Assembly: GCA_963735805.1 (NCBI GenBank)
Contig: CAVTMK010000002.1
Span: 256,001-320,000 of the forward strand
Origin: an uncultured Verrucomicrobiae bacterium
GTDB taxonomy: Bacteria; Verrucomicrobiota; Verrucomicrobiia; Chthoniobacterales; UBA10450
DNA length: 64,000 bases
Direction of reading: 5' to 3'
Shown: piece by piece, positions 1 through 10,500 of the stretch
Position numbering within the stretch: the first letter of the stretch is position 1
Layout: every line of letters starts with the position of its first letter
Made by a program: the position numbers and the translations under genes
Notes under the pieces: model-generated
Databases searched by the model: none
What the model saw: only the letters and a program-made list of their open reading frames with translations
What the model was told of the DNA's origin: nothing

Positions 1-2
1 GT

Positions 3-443
3 AAGCACGTCCGCGAAGAAGGCGCGCACGAAGTGTTCGATCATCGCGCGCCTGATCATTTCCAGCAGATCATGAAGGCGACCGATGAGCGCGGCGTTGA
101 TGTGATAGTGGAATTGCTTGCAAACGTGAATTTGGAGAAAGATCTGACCATTCTCGCGAAGGGCGGTCGCGTCGCGGTTATCGGCAGCCGCGGTCGGGTG
201 GAAATCAATCCGCGTGACGCGATGCAGCGCGACGCCGATATTCGCGGAATGGTATTGCCGAACACGCCACCGGCGGAGATGGCGAGTATTCACGCCGCGC
301 TGATAGCCGGTCTGGAAAACGGGACGTTGCGTCCGGTCATCGGCAAGGAATTCGCGCTAGCCGAAGCAGCCCACGCGCATCGCGCGGTCATGGAGGCAGG
401 AGCAGTGGGAAAAATTGTGCTAGTGACGGAAAGTAAGAAGTAG
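3..443 (+). CDS. NADPH:quinone reductase / zeta-crystallin-like MDR oxidoreductase, 5'-truncated by window edge
   Basis: Frame open from position 3; C-terminal MDR motifs GVDVIVE, GGRVAVIG, AHAHRAVME...GKIVL. Confidence 0.8.
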   Translation, partial: KHVREEGAHEVFDHRAPDHFQQIMKATDERGVDVIVELLANVNLEKDLTILAKGGRVAVIGSRGRVEINPRDAMQRDADIRGMVLPNTPPAEMASIHAALIAGLENGTLRPVIGKEFALAEAAHAHRAVMEAGAVGKIVLVTESKK

Positions 444-512
444 CAATTACGAAGACGGAAACCGGCACCACGGCTCTGAACGCGCCAACAAGACGCGAAT
501 CGATTTCAAATG

Positions 513-1045
513 TCAGGGCGTGAACCCGATTCGAGGCTTCGGCGGTTCCGGTGGTGCCGGCGGAGGATTGAGGATCTGCATCAGCTCTTGTAAGAGCTCC
601 ACGATAGCCGCTTCGTGTACGTCCAGTCTGGAGGTGAGTTTTTTCTCAAGTGCAGCGAGCTTTTTGGCAAGTGCGGGAGCGGCGCGAAGCGTCTCCCGCA
701 TTTTTGCAAAGGCACGGACCACAAAAATACTCATTTGCACAGCGCGAGCGCTGTTTAGAATGTTGGCCGCTTGCAACGCGCCGTATTCGGTGAAGACGTA
801 TGGGCGGTATCGGCGGCCACCATGCGAACTTGAGGTCGCAATTTGCGACCTCAAAGAATTAACCTCCTCCGCGGTAAGCTGGAATGCGAAGTCTTCTGGA
901 AACCGTTTCCGATTACGGCGATATTGTTCGTTCAACCTTTTGGTCGGAACGCCATATAGCGCGGCAAGATCCGAATCGAGATCACCCGCGCACGGCGAAT
1001 TGTGTAAATCCGCTGTTCAATGATTGCGAGGTCGGTTTCGGCCAT
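513..1045 (-). pseudogene. ORF6N (KilA-N-like) DNA-binding domain protein with a 1-nt frameshift near 981
   Basis: ATG at 1045 reads MAETDLAIIEQRIYTIRRARV; after GTG-AT the family motif continues in another frame as LDSDLAALYGVPTKRLNEQYRRNRKRFPEDFAFQLT...PYVFTEYGALQAANILNS...RIGF. Could also be a sequencing error. Confidence 0.75.
830..854. repeat. Perfect 11-bp inverted repeat TTGAGGTCGCA-ATT-TGCGACCTCAA inside the ORF6N gene
   Basis: Read directly; related copies at 1080-1106 and 1146-1172. Confidence 0.85.
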
Positions 1046-1333
1046 TGATTAATGTTGGGTTCAGCTCCGAGTCATCACCGAACTCATCACAATTTACAAT
1101 GAGTTCACGACGCGCTTTGAATTCTTCGTCAAATGAATTGAGAAGTTCAAGGTCACAATTCGCGACCAGGAAAATTCCACAGGTTAGTTGCCGTCGATCC
1201 AAGCACATAGAGGAATTGACTTTTCGTCGGCGGGACTTGGATTTGTCCGATTCTTGATGTGCTCGTCGTCGACGTGGAGTTTCAAAGTAGAAAGGCTGGC
1301 GTTATCGTAATCTCGTTAAGATAGGAATTATCC

Positions 1334-2251
1334 ATGGAGATTCATCAGTTACGGTATTTTGTTGCGGTGGCGGACGAAGGAAGTTTTTCGCGCGCAGCGG
1401 GCAAAGTCCGCGTTGCCCAGCCTTCGCTTAGTCAACAGATTCGAAAGCTCGAAGCGGAGGTTGGCCAACCGTTGTTCGACCGTTTGCCGCGTTCAGTTGT
1501 GTTGACTGAAGCCGGCCGTTGTTTGATCGATTATGCGCGGCAAATCCTGGCCTCGATCGGGGATGCCCGACGTTGCGTGGACGAGCTCAAAGGTGAGGTT
1601 GCAGGTAAAGTGGCGGTGGGAGCAATTCCCACGATCGCGCCATATGTCCTTCCCGAATTGGTTGTGACGTTCCAGAAACATTATCCCGACGTGCAGCTGG
1701 AGATCGTGGAAGACGTCACTGACGGCATTACTCAACGAATTGAAGCCGGAGAACTGGATGTTGCATTAGCATCCACTTGCCGGCCGAGTCCAACTCTGCG
1801 GCGCGAGTTTCTGGGCAACGAACCGTTGCTTCTATTGGTCCCGGAGGGGCATCCGTTGGCAAAAAAATCCCTGATAGAATTTGACGACCTCAAATCGCAG
1901 AGATTTTTACTGCTCCACGAAATGCATTGCCTGTCGCAGCAGGTGAATCACCTGCTAGAATCCCGTCGGCTCCGGCCGCAGGTCGCGCTGGCGGGCAGCC
2001 AGCTTAGCACGATCGCGAACATGGTGGCGGCATCGATTGGTATTTCAATTGTGCCGCAAATGATGGTGAAACATCACCCAACACCGGGATGTATCAGTGT
2101 GCCGTTCGCTCCGCCGGTCCCGGAACGCGAACTAAATCTTCTACGCAATCCACTTCGATTCCAGAGCAAAGCAGCCGCAGCGTTCCGTCAGGAAGCTGCA
2201 GCTGCCTTGTCAGCAAACCATTTGTTAATCAATCCTGTCGCGAAGGAGTGA
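1334..2251 (+). CDS. LysR-family transcriptional regulator (OxyR-like)
   Basis: HTH MEIHQLRYFVAVADEGSFSRAA...QPSLSQQIRKLE; GAIPTIAPY; only one OxyR-type Cys region (EMHCLSQQ). Confidence 0.9.
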   Translation: MEIHQLRYFVAVADEGSFSRAAGKVRVAQPSLSQQIRKLEAEVGQPLFDRLPRSVVLTEAGRCLIDYARQILASIGDARRCVDELKGEVAGKVAVGAIPTIAPYVLPELVVTFQKHYPDVQLEIVEDVTDGITQRIEAGELDVALASTCRPSPTLRREFLGNEPLLLLVPEGHPLAKKSLIEFDDLKSQRFLLLHEMHCLSQQVNHLLESRRLRPQVALAGSQLSTIANMVAASIGISIVPQMMVKHHPTPGCISVPFAPPVPERELNLLRNPLRFQSKAAAAFRQEAAAALSANHLLINPVAKE

Positions 2252-2256
2252 AGTTC

Positions 2257-2430
2257 TTATCTCATTCTCTCCAGCGCCGTCGCCACCATCGATAACATCG
2301 GCCAGACGGCGAGGATCATGATTATTCCAAACCCGGCGAGCTCCGGCAGATAATGCGGGTGCGCCCGGTGCACATATCGCGTCTCGACGAATCGCGCAAT
2401 GCGTTGTCCCAAAGGCATTCTAGTTTCCAT
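2257..2430 (-). CDS. Small (57 aa) single-TM hypothetical protein
   Basis: AGGAGA RBS before ATG at 2430; METRMPLGQRIARFVE...GFGIIMILAVWPMLSMVATALERMR. Confidence 0.55.
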   Translation of the reverse strand: METRMPLGQRIARFVETRYVHRAHPHYLPELAGFGIIMILAVWPMLSMVATALERMR

Positions 2431-2693
2431 TTTGTCTCCTCTATTGTTGTTTTGTTGCTTGATGAAATTCACAGGCTCAAGTCCGCGCCGGTCTCTATTC
2501 AGGGACACCGAGAACGTTGAAGTTCTTAACGGCGCGTTGTTTATGGCCCAGAACGCGGCCGAGCGAGTCAGCCGATTACGCTCCACGAACGGTTGTTTTC
2601 CCTGGTTGTTCTCATCCCTAAACCTGAACCGTTCATACAATCAACTGGCCACATCCCGGTGGCGGGTTGAAATACTTTATACGTCTAGCCGCG

Positions 2694-2708
2694 ATAGGAT
2701 TTGCCTAT
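2694..2708. promoter_or_regulatory. LysR-type box ATAG-N7-CTAT
   Basis: ATAG GATTTGC CTAT; near-match ATAG-N7-CCAT at 1321-1335 overlaps the lysR start. Confidence 0.45.
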
Positions 2709-2732
2709 AGACGCGGAATTTTGAAGGAAGAA

Positions 2733-3191
2733 TTAAGAAGAAGTGTCGAGCATTGTGTCGCGGCACTTTGAGCTGCCGCAGTGGCACGCGTATTTCTTTT
2801 TTGTTTCTTCAGTGATCGGTTCGTCGATCTCCAGCGCGTAATCGTAAAAGAGTTCCTCACCTGGCAGGATATCGCGCAGCGCATCGATGAATATGCGGTC
2901 GTCTTCCTCGGCGGCTTCGCAGTTTGGATCGCAGGAGTGGTTGATCCAGCGCGCGTCGTTGCCACCGATCTTTGGGTTGATTACCTGACCGTTATCCAGC
3001 CCAAAATTGAATGTATGAGGATCGTTCTCGTCGTTGGGAGCGGCTTCCCAGGAGGTGCGTTCCCCGGTGTATTCGATAATGCGAGTTCCTTGAGGAATGA
3101 ACTGCATGGCATAAACGCCGCGACCGTGCACGCCGGACTTGCGGACCTCGAGCCGTGCGGCTCGCTTTCGAGTTTTATGTTTCTTCGCCAC
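2733..3191 (-). CDS. SET domain protein-lysine methyltransferase with post-SET domain
   Basis: SGVHGRGVYA, RWINHSCDPN, ELFYDY, CHCGSSKCR; GTG start at 3191 chosen, uncertain. Confidence 0.9.
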   Translation of the reverse strand: MAKKHKTRKRAARLEVRKSGVHGRGVYAMQFIPQGTRIIEYTGERTSWEAAPNDENDPHTFNFGLDNGQVINPKIGGNDARWINHSCDPNCEAAEEDDRIFIDALRDILPGEELFYDYALEIDEPITEETKKKYACHCGSSKCRDTMLDTSS

Positions 3192-3329
3192 GGAGGAAGG
3201 AAAGAGTGGGAGGAACAATTAAGAATTAGTCAAAGGAATGGCGAGAGGAAAAAGCAGGAAGCGAAAATCAACAAGGGGAAACGGAAGAATGGGAAGGAAA
3301 ATAAGGAAGGATGAATTAAATAGGGGAGA

Positions 3330-3857
3330 ATGAAACCGGAAGAACGCACGCGCATTGAATCGATCAACACAGTTTTGCGATCCGAGGCTATTCGCTCCCA
3401 AATTCGCCCGGTTGTCGAACGCGTCCGGGCGGAGCTGGCCCGGAAGAAAGGTGCTTTAATGACGTGGGAATCGGTTTCGTTGACTGTTTTCGGCGGCGCG
3501 TTGCCGGCTGAGATCCAATCTGCCTGGGTATTTGTTTTGCGAGCGGGCGCAGACACAGGCGCGGAACGCCATCCGAACAGTCACCAGCGTATGATGTCGT
3601 TTGAAGGAAGTGGCGATATGAAAACTAGAGGCCAGGGACAGTGGCAATCGAACATGTTGATCAGTGACAATGAGGCGCCGCTGGAGCAACGTTGGATCTC
3701 AATTCCTCAGAACGTCTGGCATCGGCCCGTAGTCGGCACGGACGATTGGGTGGTGGTTTCGTTTCACACTGTTCCGGCCGGGGAACTGATTGAAGAAAAG
3801 CCGGATGACAGCGGGAAGGATGGAACGAAGCAGAAGAAATATTTGGAGCCGGAATAA
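3330..3857 (+). CDS. Hypothetical cupin-like protein
   Basis: ERHPNSHQ and IPQNVWH metal-binding-like motifs; GGGGAG RBS. Confidence 0.55.
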   Translation: MKPEERTRIESINTVLRSEAIRSQIRPVVERVRAELARKKGALMTWESVSLTVFGGALPAEIQSAWVFVLRAGADTGAERHPNSHQRMMSFEGSGDMKTRGQGQWQSNMLISDNEAPLEQRWISIPQNVWHRPVVGTDDWVVVSFHTVPAGELIEEKPDDSGKDGTKQKKYLEPE

Positions 3858-3877
3858 AAGGCGAGGACGGACGACGT

Positions 3878-4300
3878 ATGAAGCAATTTCTGATTATTGC
3901 ATTAACAGCTATCACTGCCTCGAGCTCGGTGCAGGCATATCTCGGGGACAGCTCGGACAGAATTGACGACTTGTATGGTAATCTGATCCAGCGGCGTTTG
4001 CGCGATGATGGAACTGTCAGCGTGCTCTATCACAAGGATCAATATCTCTACCTTGTGATTTTTGCCGACGACCGGAGCATTTCGGAAAGCTATTCCCGTA
4101 TGAATGGCAAGGACCTGTCTGAAAAAGAGATCGCAAAATTTCTGAAAGGAAACGCCGTCGGTGCGACCTGGATTCCTGCCAACACGTCGAAAGGACGGCG
4201 CTTCAAAAGAAGTGACGATAGAGCGGAGGCGACGTACGGAGTCACGGACGGACACCGGGCTCTGACAGTGCGGGAAGTTCGCCGGCGTGGTGATCGGTGA
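3878..4300 (+). CDS. Hypothetical secreted protein
   Basis: Signal peptide MKQFLIIALTAITASSSVQA. Confidence 0.6.
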   Translation: MKQFLIIALTAITASSSVQAYLGDSSDRIDDLYGNLIQRRLRDDGTVSVLYHKDQYLYLVIFADDRSISESYSRMNGKDLSEKEIAKFLKGNAVGATWIPANTSKGRRFKRSDDRAEATYGVTDGHRALTVREVRRRGDR

Positions 4301-4385
4301 TTTGTCGCGTCCCGGCACTCGTGAAAAAAGATCGCTTTCGCTTTGACCAGCGTGTTAGCCTCTGAGGCCAAACTAAAACAAGCCT

Positions 4386-4643
4386 ATGTTAAACATCATT
4401 TGGTACATTATTGTCGGCTTCATCATCGGGTTAATCGCACGCGGCATCATGCCGGGCGTACAACATCTCGGTTTCATAATGACAACTGTGCTGGGCATCG
4501 TCGGCTCCATCGTTGGCGGATTGATCGCCCGTCTGTTTTCCAAACCCGAACCAGGCGCCGCGTTTCATCCAGCGGGATTCATCCTCTCGATCATCGGCGC
4601 AATCATTGTGCTGTTTATTTGGGGGAAATTGGCGCCGGCCTAA
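4386..4643 (+). CDS. GlsB/YeaQ/YmgE family (transglycosylase-associated) membrane protein
   Basis: IIVGFIIGLIAR.IMPG...LGIVGSIVGG...SIIGAIIVL. Confidence 0.85.
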   Translation: MLNIIWYIIVGFIIGLIARGIMPGVQHLGFIMTTVLGIVGSIVGGLIARLFSKPEPGAAFHPAGFILSIIGAIIVLFIWGKLAPA

Positions 4644-4726
4644 CGAAAGCAAACGACAGCGATTTCGTATTGCTGGCCTTTAAAGTACCAATTTTGGTAC
4701 CTTAAAACGTCCCACTTATCTTCCGT

Positions 4727-5308
4727 TCAGACGCTTGCCGGGTGTTTTCGCAGTACCAGCGCGGCGACGATTCCCACGCAAAGAAATCCGATGACTGTGA
4801 TGAACATGTAACTGGCAACGTACACACCGGGGAAGCCATACCAGTTCCAGTAGGAAACGTTTGTTGCGATAGCGGCTAAAATTCCGACAACGAAAACGAA
4901 GCCAACTCGGCCCGCGAAACTCCCGATGTGCGTCTGGGCGAGCAGGAACACGGCCAAAATCGCCTCTAGTAATTCGGTGCCGAATTCAATTCCCATCAAT
5001 TTGCCCAAGTTAAACGGCCGAGTGGAATGATACATCAAAATCCCGGACGGCCCGGTGCTGGCTTTCGCTGCCGATTGTTTCATTGCTTCATTTTTCTCCT
5101 GACGGGTTGCGTTTTTGCCAACACCTAGACCGGGAAAAATGTAAAGACCGGTCTGGTCCCCGATGTTGCTTTGCATCGCGCTGAGCACGGCTGATTCATT
5201 TGGAATTTCGTCGACACCGGCTTCGCCCAGAGGCAGGAACATGTGCGCGATCGAAGTCCAGACGAACATGACAATTCCACCAAGAATTCCAGCGAGAAGA
5301 ATTTTCAT
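4727..5308 (-). CDS. Hypothetical multi-pass membrane protein
   Basis: Four hydrophobic segments, YWNWYGF motif. Confidence 0.65.
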   Translation of the reverse strand: MKILLAGILGGIVMFVWTSIAHMFLPLGEAGVDEIPNESAVLSAMQSNIGDQTGLYIFPGLGVGKNATRQEKNEAMKQSAAKASTGPSGILMYHSTRPFNLGKLMGIEFGTELLEAILAVFLLAQTHIGSFAGRVGFVFVVGILAAIATNVSYWNWYGFPGVYVASYMFITVIGFLCVGIVAALVLRKHPASV

Positions 5309-5530
5309 GGGCGGAATAATGGCGGGTCGGGGAGGAATTTTGAAGAGAAATTTGGAATCAAGAAAACCGAGTTGATTTAAGTCAGAACGAAGAATGTTCT
5401 GGCCCGTAATTGCAGAGCTGGCCGGCTATGATTTCGAGAAAACCTGTGCATCCGATTGATACCGGAGTTTGACTCGACTGCAGTCTCTCGTAAAGTTCGC
5501 AGCTCTCCCGCGCGGGAGAGATTTTCCCCA

Positions 5531-7342
5531 ATGGATAAAATTCGTAATATCGCCATCATTGCGCACGTCGATCATGGCAAGACGACTCTGGTCGATCAGT
5601 TGTTGCGCCAATCGGGCACGTTTCGCTCCAATCAAAAGATTGAAGAGCGCATGATGGATTCGATGGATCTCGAGCGCGAAAAAGGAATTACAATTCGCGC
5701 GAAGAATGCAGCTTTTCTGTGGAACGGTTATCGGATCAATATCGTCGATACACCCGGTCACGCGGATTTTGGCGGCGAAGTCGAGCGGATCATGAAAATG
5801 GTGGACGGCGTGCTGCTGGTTGTGGATGCGCACGATGGGCCGCAGGCGCAAACGCGTTTTGTTTTGCGAAAGGCGATGGAGAACAAACTGCAGCCGGTTG
5901 TTGTCATTAACAAGGTGGACAGGGAAAACGCGCGTCCACACAAAGTCCTGGACGAGATTTTCGATCTCTTTGTCGAGCTGAAAGCGACTGACGCGCAGCT
6001 CGATTTCCCAATCATCTACGCCAGTGCAAAGGACGGTTTTGCCATGCGCGAACTGCACGAAAGCAGCGAAAACATGACGCCGCTTTTCCAAGCGATTGTG
6101 CAACATGTGCCGCCGCCAAAAATTTCGAGCGAGCCATTCTTTCAAATGCTCGTGTCGAATCTTGATTACAGTGATTATTTGGGAAGAATTGCACTCGGGC
6201 GCATCGTCAGCGGTCGCGTTGCAGTCGGAGACTCCATCGTCTGCATTCACCGCGATGGCCATCACGAGCGGGCTACCGTCACGGCGCTTTTTACCTATTC
6301 GGGACTGGAACAGGTGGAAATAAAACACGCGGCCGCCGGCGACATCGTCGGACTGGCCGGTTTCGAGGAAGTTTATATCGGCGAAACCCTCGCAGACCGC
6401 GAAGAACGGACGCCTCTTCAATTTGTAGATATCGATCCGCCTACGATTCGCATGCACGTTCGGGTCAACGATTCGCCTTTCGCCGGGCGTGAGGGGAAAT
6501 TTGTGACCGCCCGGAATATTCGCGAGCGCCTTATTCGCGAGACGCGTGGCAACGTCTCGCTTCAGGTCAACGATACGGAAACCGCAGGGTCATTTGAAAT
6601 CAACGCGCGCGGCGAAATGCAGATCGCGATCTTGATTGAGCAAATGCGACGCGAAGGTTTTGAAGTGATGGTCTCACGTCCCGAAGTGATTTTCCATCGG
6701 GCAGAGAATGGCACGCTGCTCGAGCCCCTGGAAAATCTTTATGTCGATCTACCGAACGAAAATCTCGGTGACATTTTGCAATTGGTTGCCAATCGCAAAG
6801 GTGAGGTTGTGGGCATGGATCATCACGCAACACGCGTGTCGGTGGAGGCGATTATTCCGACTCGCGGCCTGATCGGCTTTGAAACCGATCTCGTCAACCT
6901 GACTCGGGGCGAAGGATTAATGAGTCATCTCTTTCGCGAATACGCGCCGTTCAAAGGCGAGCTCGAAGGACGCGATCGTGGTGTGATGGTGTCGATGGAA
7001 TCGGGAGTCAGCACGGCTTACGCGCTTAACAACATTCAGGAACGCGGGCGGCTTTTCATCGGTCCACAGGAGGACGTTTACGAAGGGATGATCGTCGGCG
7101 AAAACGCGCGCCCGGAAGATTTGCCAGTCAATCCCTGTAAAGCAAAACATCTCACCAATATGCGTTCGCAAGGTGAAGGGAAAGGCATCCAACTCGAAGC
7201 TCCGCTTCGCATGAGCCTGGAACGCGCGATTGAATACATCGACATCGACGAATACGTGGAAGCGACGCCGAAATCGCTCCGACTGCGCAAACATATCCTG
7301 GACGCGACCGCACGGAAACGCGCGGCCGTGGTAGCGGCCTAA
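5531..7342 (+). CDS. typA: Translational GTPase TypA/BipA
   Basis: IRNIAIIAHVDHGKTTLVD, DTPGHADFGGEVER, NKVD, C-terminal KHLTNMRS. Confidence 0.96.
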   Translation: MDKIRNIAIIAHVDHGKTTLVDQLLRQSGTFRSNQKIEERMMDSMDLEREKGITIRAKNAAFLWNGYRINIVDTPGHADFGGEVERIMKMVDGVLLVVDAHDGPQAQTRFVLRKAMENKLQPVVVINKVDRENARPHKVLDEIFDLFVELKATDAQLDFPIIYASAKDGFAMRELHESSENMTPLFQAIVQHVPPPKISSEPFFQMLVSNLDYSDYLGRIALGRIVSGRVAVGDSIVCIHRDGHHERATVTALFTYSGLEQVEIKHAAAGDIVGLAGFEEVYIGETLADREERTPLQFVDIDPPTIRMHVRVNDSPFAGREGKFVTARNIRERLIRETRGNVSLQVNDTETAGSFEINARGEMQIAILIEQMRREGFEVMVSRPEVIFHRAENGTLLEPLENLYVDLPNENLGDILQLVANRKGEVVGMDHHATRVSVEAIIPTRGLIGFETDLVNLTRGEGLMSHLFREYAPFKGELEGRDRGVMVSMESGVSTAYALNNIQERGRLFIGPQEDVYEGMIVGENARPEDLPVNPCKAKHLTNMRSQGEGKGIQLEAPLRMSLERAIEYIDIDEYVEATPKSLRLRKHILDATARKRAAVVAA

Positions 7343-7590
7343 ATCGGCGGCATTAGCGACAGTTTTCAGTCTCTCGCATTGCTCGCGGGGACGACTGGTC
7401 GTTTTCATTTTCAATTCCTTTCAATTTTTGGAAACAGGTGGAGCGCTCGGTGCTAATTACGAACATTACGAAAATGTAATTCGAAAGTCATTGACACTGT
7501 GGCTTTTACTTTGGCACTCTCGCGTTGCCTTTGTCGCCACTCTCACTCCCGGCACTCGGCAAAACTTCAACTGCTATATCTCCACATCAC

Positions 7591-10500
7591 ATGAAAATTA
7601 CACGTTGGTTTGTGCGCAATCGTCTTCAATCGCACCTGCGCTTCGCAACTGCGATAGTGCTTATGTCCGCAGCGGCCGCCATGGCGTTCGTCGCGATGAA
7701 ACCGTCGGGCCCGTTATGGGCGAAATCAGACAGTAAAAACGCGATCAATAAAAATCGCGTTGCGTTATTTCGAAACAAATTGGCCATGCCTGGCCCCGAA
7801 CGAGAAGCCGGGCCCATGGCTGCAGCCGAGGAAGATTATGCGAATCGGGCTGGCCCCGCTCCATATGTGCCGTTCGAATTGACGCGAAAGGCACAACGGG
7901 CTTGGAGTAATGTCAGGGCGAGGGCCGCGAATGCAGTGACAACTACCCGATTAGGGCCCCTGCTGCGGCCGGCGCCGGCGCAGTGGACGCTCGTCGGTCC
8001 GAGTTCGGCAAATAATCCGGACGTGTTGACCTTTAGCGGAGCTCCCTACACGACATCTGGTCGAATTACTGCGTTTGCTCTCGCACCGAACTGCGGCCAG
8101 GGCCTTTGCTATCTCTACCTCGGCGCAGCTGGCGGAGGTGTTTGGAGAACAAAACACGCTCTGCACACAAATCCTTCACAGCAGTGGGAATTCATTTCCG
8201 GTAGCTTTGCAACGAATGCTATCGGCACGTTGACTATCGATCCAACCGATCCGTCGGGGAACACGATTTACGCTGGAACCGGCGAGCCTAACGCGTCTGC
8301 CGATTCGGAAGCTGGTTTCGGAATTTACAAGTCAATCAACGGGGGCGACACGTGGACGCATCTTGCAGCGCACACTGATGTGCCGCAGGGGGCAGGCGTT
8401 GATTGCACGGCGGTGCTCGGTACCGGCGGCTTTCAGACAGCACCCGCGTATAGCGGTCCCGCTTTTGATGGGCGAGCCATCTCGTCGATCGTTATCGATC
8501 CGAACCATTCGAATACCATTTACGTCGGTTCCACCCGTGCTGTGCGCGGAGTCAGTTCCGTCTCAAGTGGTGGGGCCGTAAGCCTTGCTCCCGGTCTGCC
8601 GCCGTACGGATTGTGGAAATCGACCGACGGCGGGGCAAACTTCACGTTGATGAATTATCAGGACGTTTGCTTGAACATACTCCCGGGCAATGCAGGAGTT
8701 GTGCAGGCGAGCTTTGGTTCAACGCGTGGGGTGCATGCTGCCGCGCTTGACCCCAGCAATTCAAATATCGTCTACGCTGCCCCGTTCCCTCAAAACAACG
8801 CGCTGCCGCTCAACACCAAAGGCGGGGTGTGGCGCTCGAGCGATAACGGCTCCAATTGGACGCAGATCAAGAACGCGTTGAACGCCACGCTAAACACTGA
8901 TCGAGCGTCGTTCGCCGTTACGCCGATTGCCGGCGGATTTACGCGAATGTACGTGGGCGTAGGGAATTCCAGCGTGGCTGCGGTGAATCAGGCGCGTCTA
9001 TATCGCACGGACGATGCAGTGACAGCGACCGACGGTAGTTTCACGGATCTGACAGCGGTGCAACAGGCGTCAACGGCGCCAAATCAAACGTTAAACTATT
9101 GCGGCGACCCAGCTGCCGGCGCGCAATGCTGGTACGACAATGTTGTTTATTCACCGCCTGGAAAACCCGATGTCGTTTATCTGGGTGGTTCCTTTAACTA
9201 CAGTCAGTACGGCTTCAGGAACAATGGTCGCGCGTTTATCCGCTCAACGGACGCTGGCGCAACTTTCACCGATATGAGCTGGGATGCGACGACGAAGCCA
9301 ACACCACCAGGAACGTGTTGCCAGCCAAATCCAATTGCGCCAAACGGCATGCACCCAGACAGCCATGCAGTTATAGAGGTCCCCGGTACTGATATCGCCT
9401 TCTTCGGCGGTGATGGTGGAATTGTGCGTTCGAGCGGGAGCTTCGCGAACATTTCATCCCAGTGTACAGCCCGTGGATTGACCGGGACGAGCCTTGCGAC
9501 CTGCCAGCAAATGCTCTCGGCAGTTCCAACGCAGCTTTTAACAACGTACAACGACGGACTCTCAACGCTGCAATTTCAGAGCGTCTCGATTAATCCGGCA
9601 AACGCAAACAACCTGATGGGTGGCACGCAAGATAACGGTACATTTGAAAAACCGAGCAATTCGACGACTAACTGGCCGCAGGTAATCTACGGCGACGGTG
9701 GTCAGTCTGGCTTCAACGTGGGCAACACCGCGTTTCGGTTTAATTCGTTCACTTCGAACTTCCACGATGTGAACTTCCGGAATGGCGATCCAACCAAGTG
9801 GGTCATCGCGAGTGGCCCGATCGCGGCGAGTGGGGAAGGCGCGCAGTTTTATGCCCCCATCATCGCCGATCCTGTCAGCGCAGGGACGATCTTCCAAGGC
9901 TCTCTGAGTGTCTGGCGTACCCAGAATTGGGCTGGCAACCAGGCGTTTCTGGAAGCCAACTGCCCTGAGTTTACGACTTCGGGTGCGAATCCGGCCTGCG
10001 GCGACTTCGTCCAGATCGGGCCGATGGGCGCGACAGATCTAACGGCGAGCGCGGCAGATTATCGGGGTACTACGCTTGCTGGCGGAAATGTCGCGGCCGT
10101 CGCACGTGGTACTTCTGATTCGTCGACCTTATGGGCGGCGACGACGACAGGACGTGTTTTCATCTCGAAGAATGCAAACACAACGAACATCGGTGTTACC
10201 TATACGCGGCTCGATTCGCTGGCTACAAACAGCCCGCCTCGGTTCGTCAGCACTATCTTCGTCGATCCGGCAGATTCGAACCACGCGTGGATTTCATATT
10301 CGAGCTACAGTTCGCTGACTCCGGCGACGCCTGGTCACATCTTCTCGGTGCGGTACAATCCGGGCCCGGGCACAGCGACGTGGACAAATCTGGATGGATC
10401 GGGAGCAACAGCGTTCCCGGATTTCCCGGCGACGAGTGTCGCCTTTGATTCCGTCACCGGCGATCTGTATGCATCCAACGATTGGGGCGTCCTGAAGCGC

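Noticed and set aside
1024..1257. 77-aa plus-strand ORF with ORF6N-like peptides
   Set aside because: No RBS or domain context; the similarity comes from the palindromic DNA motifs reported separately
3219..3330. Purine-rich GGAA/AAGG tract
   Set aside because: Low-complexity intergenic sequence with no regular period or spacers; not a CRISPR array
5426..6457. 343-aa antisense ORF over typA, and similar long antisense ORFs over rho, rsmD, addB and selD
   Set aside because: Shadow frames of well-conserved genes with no recognisable motifs
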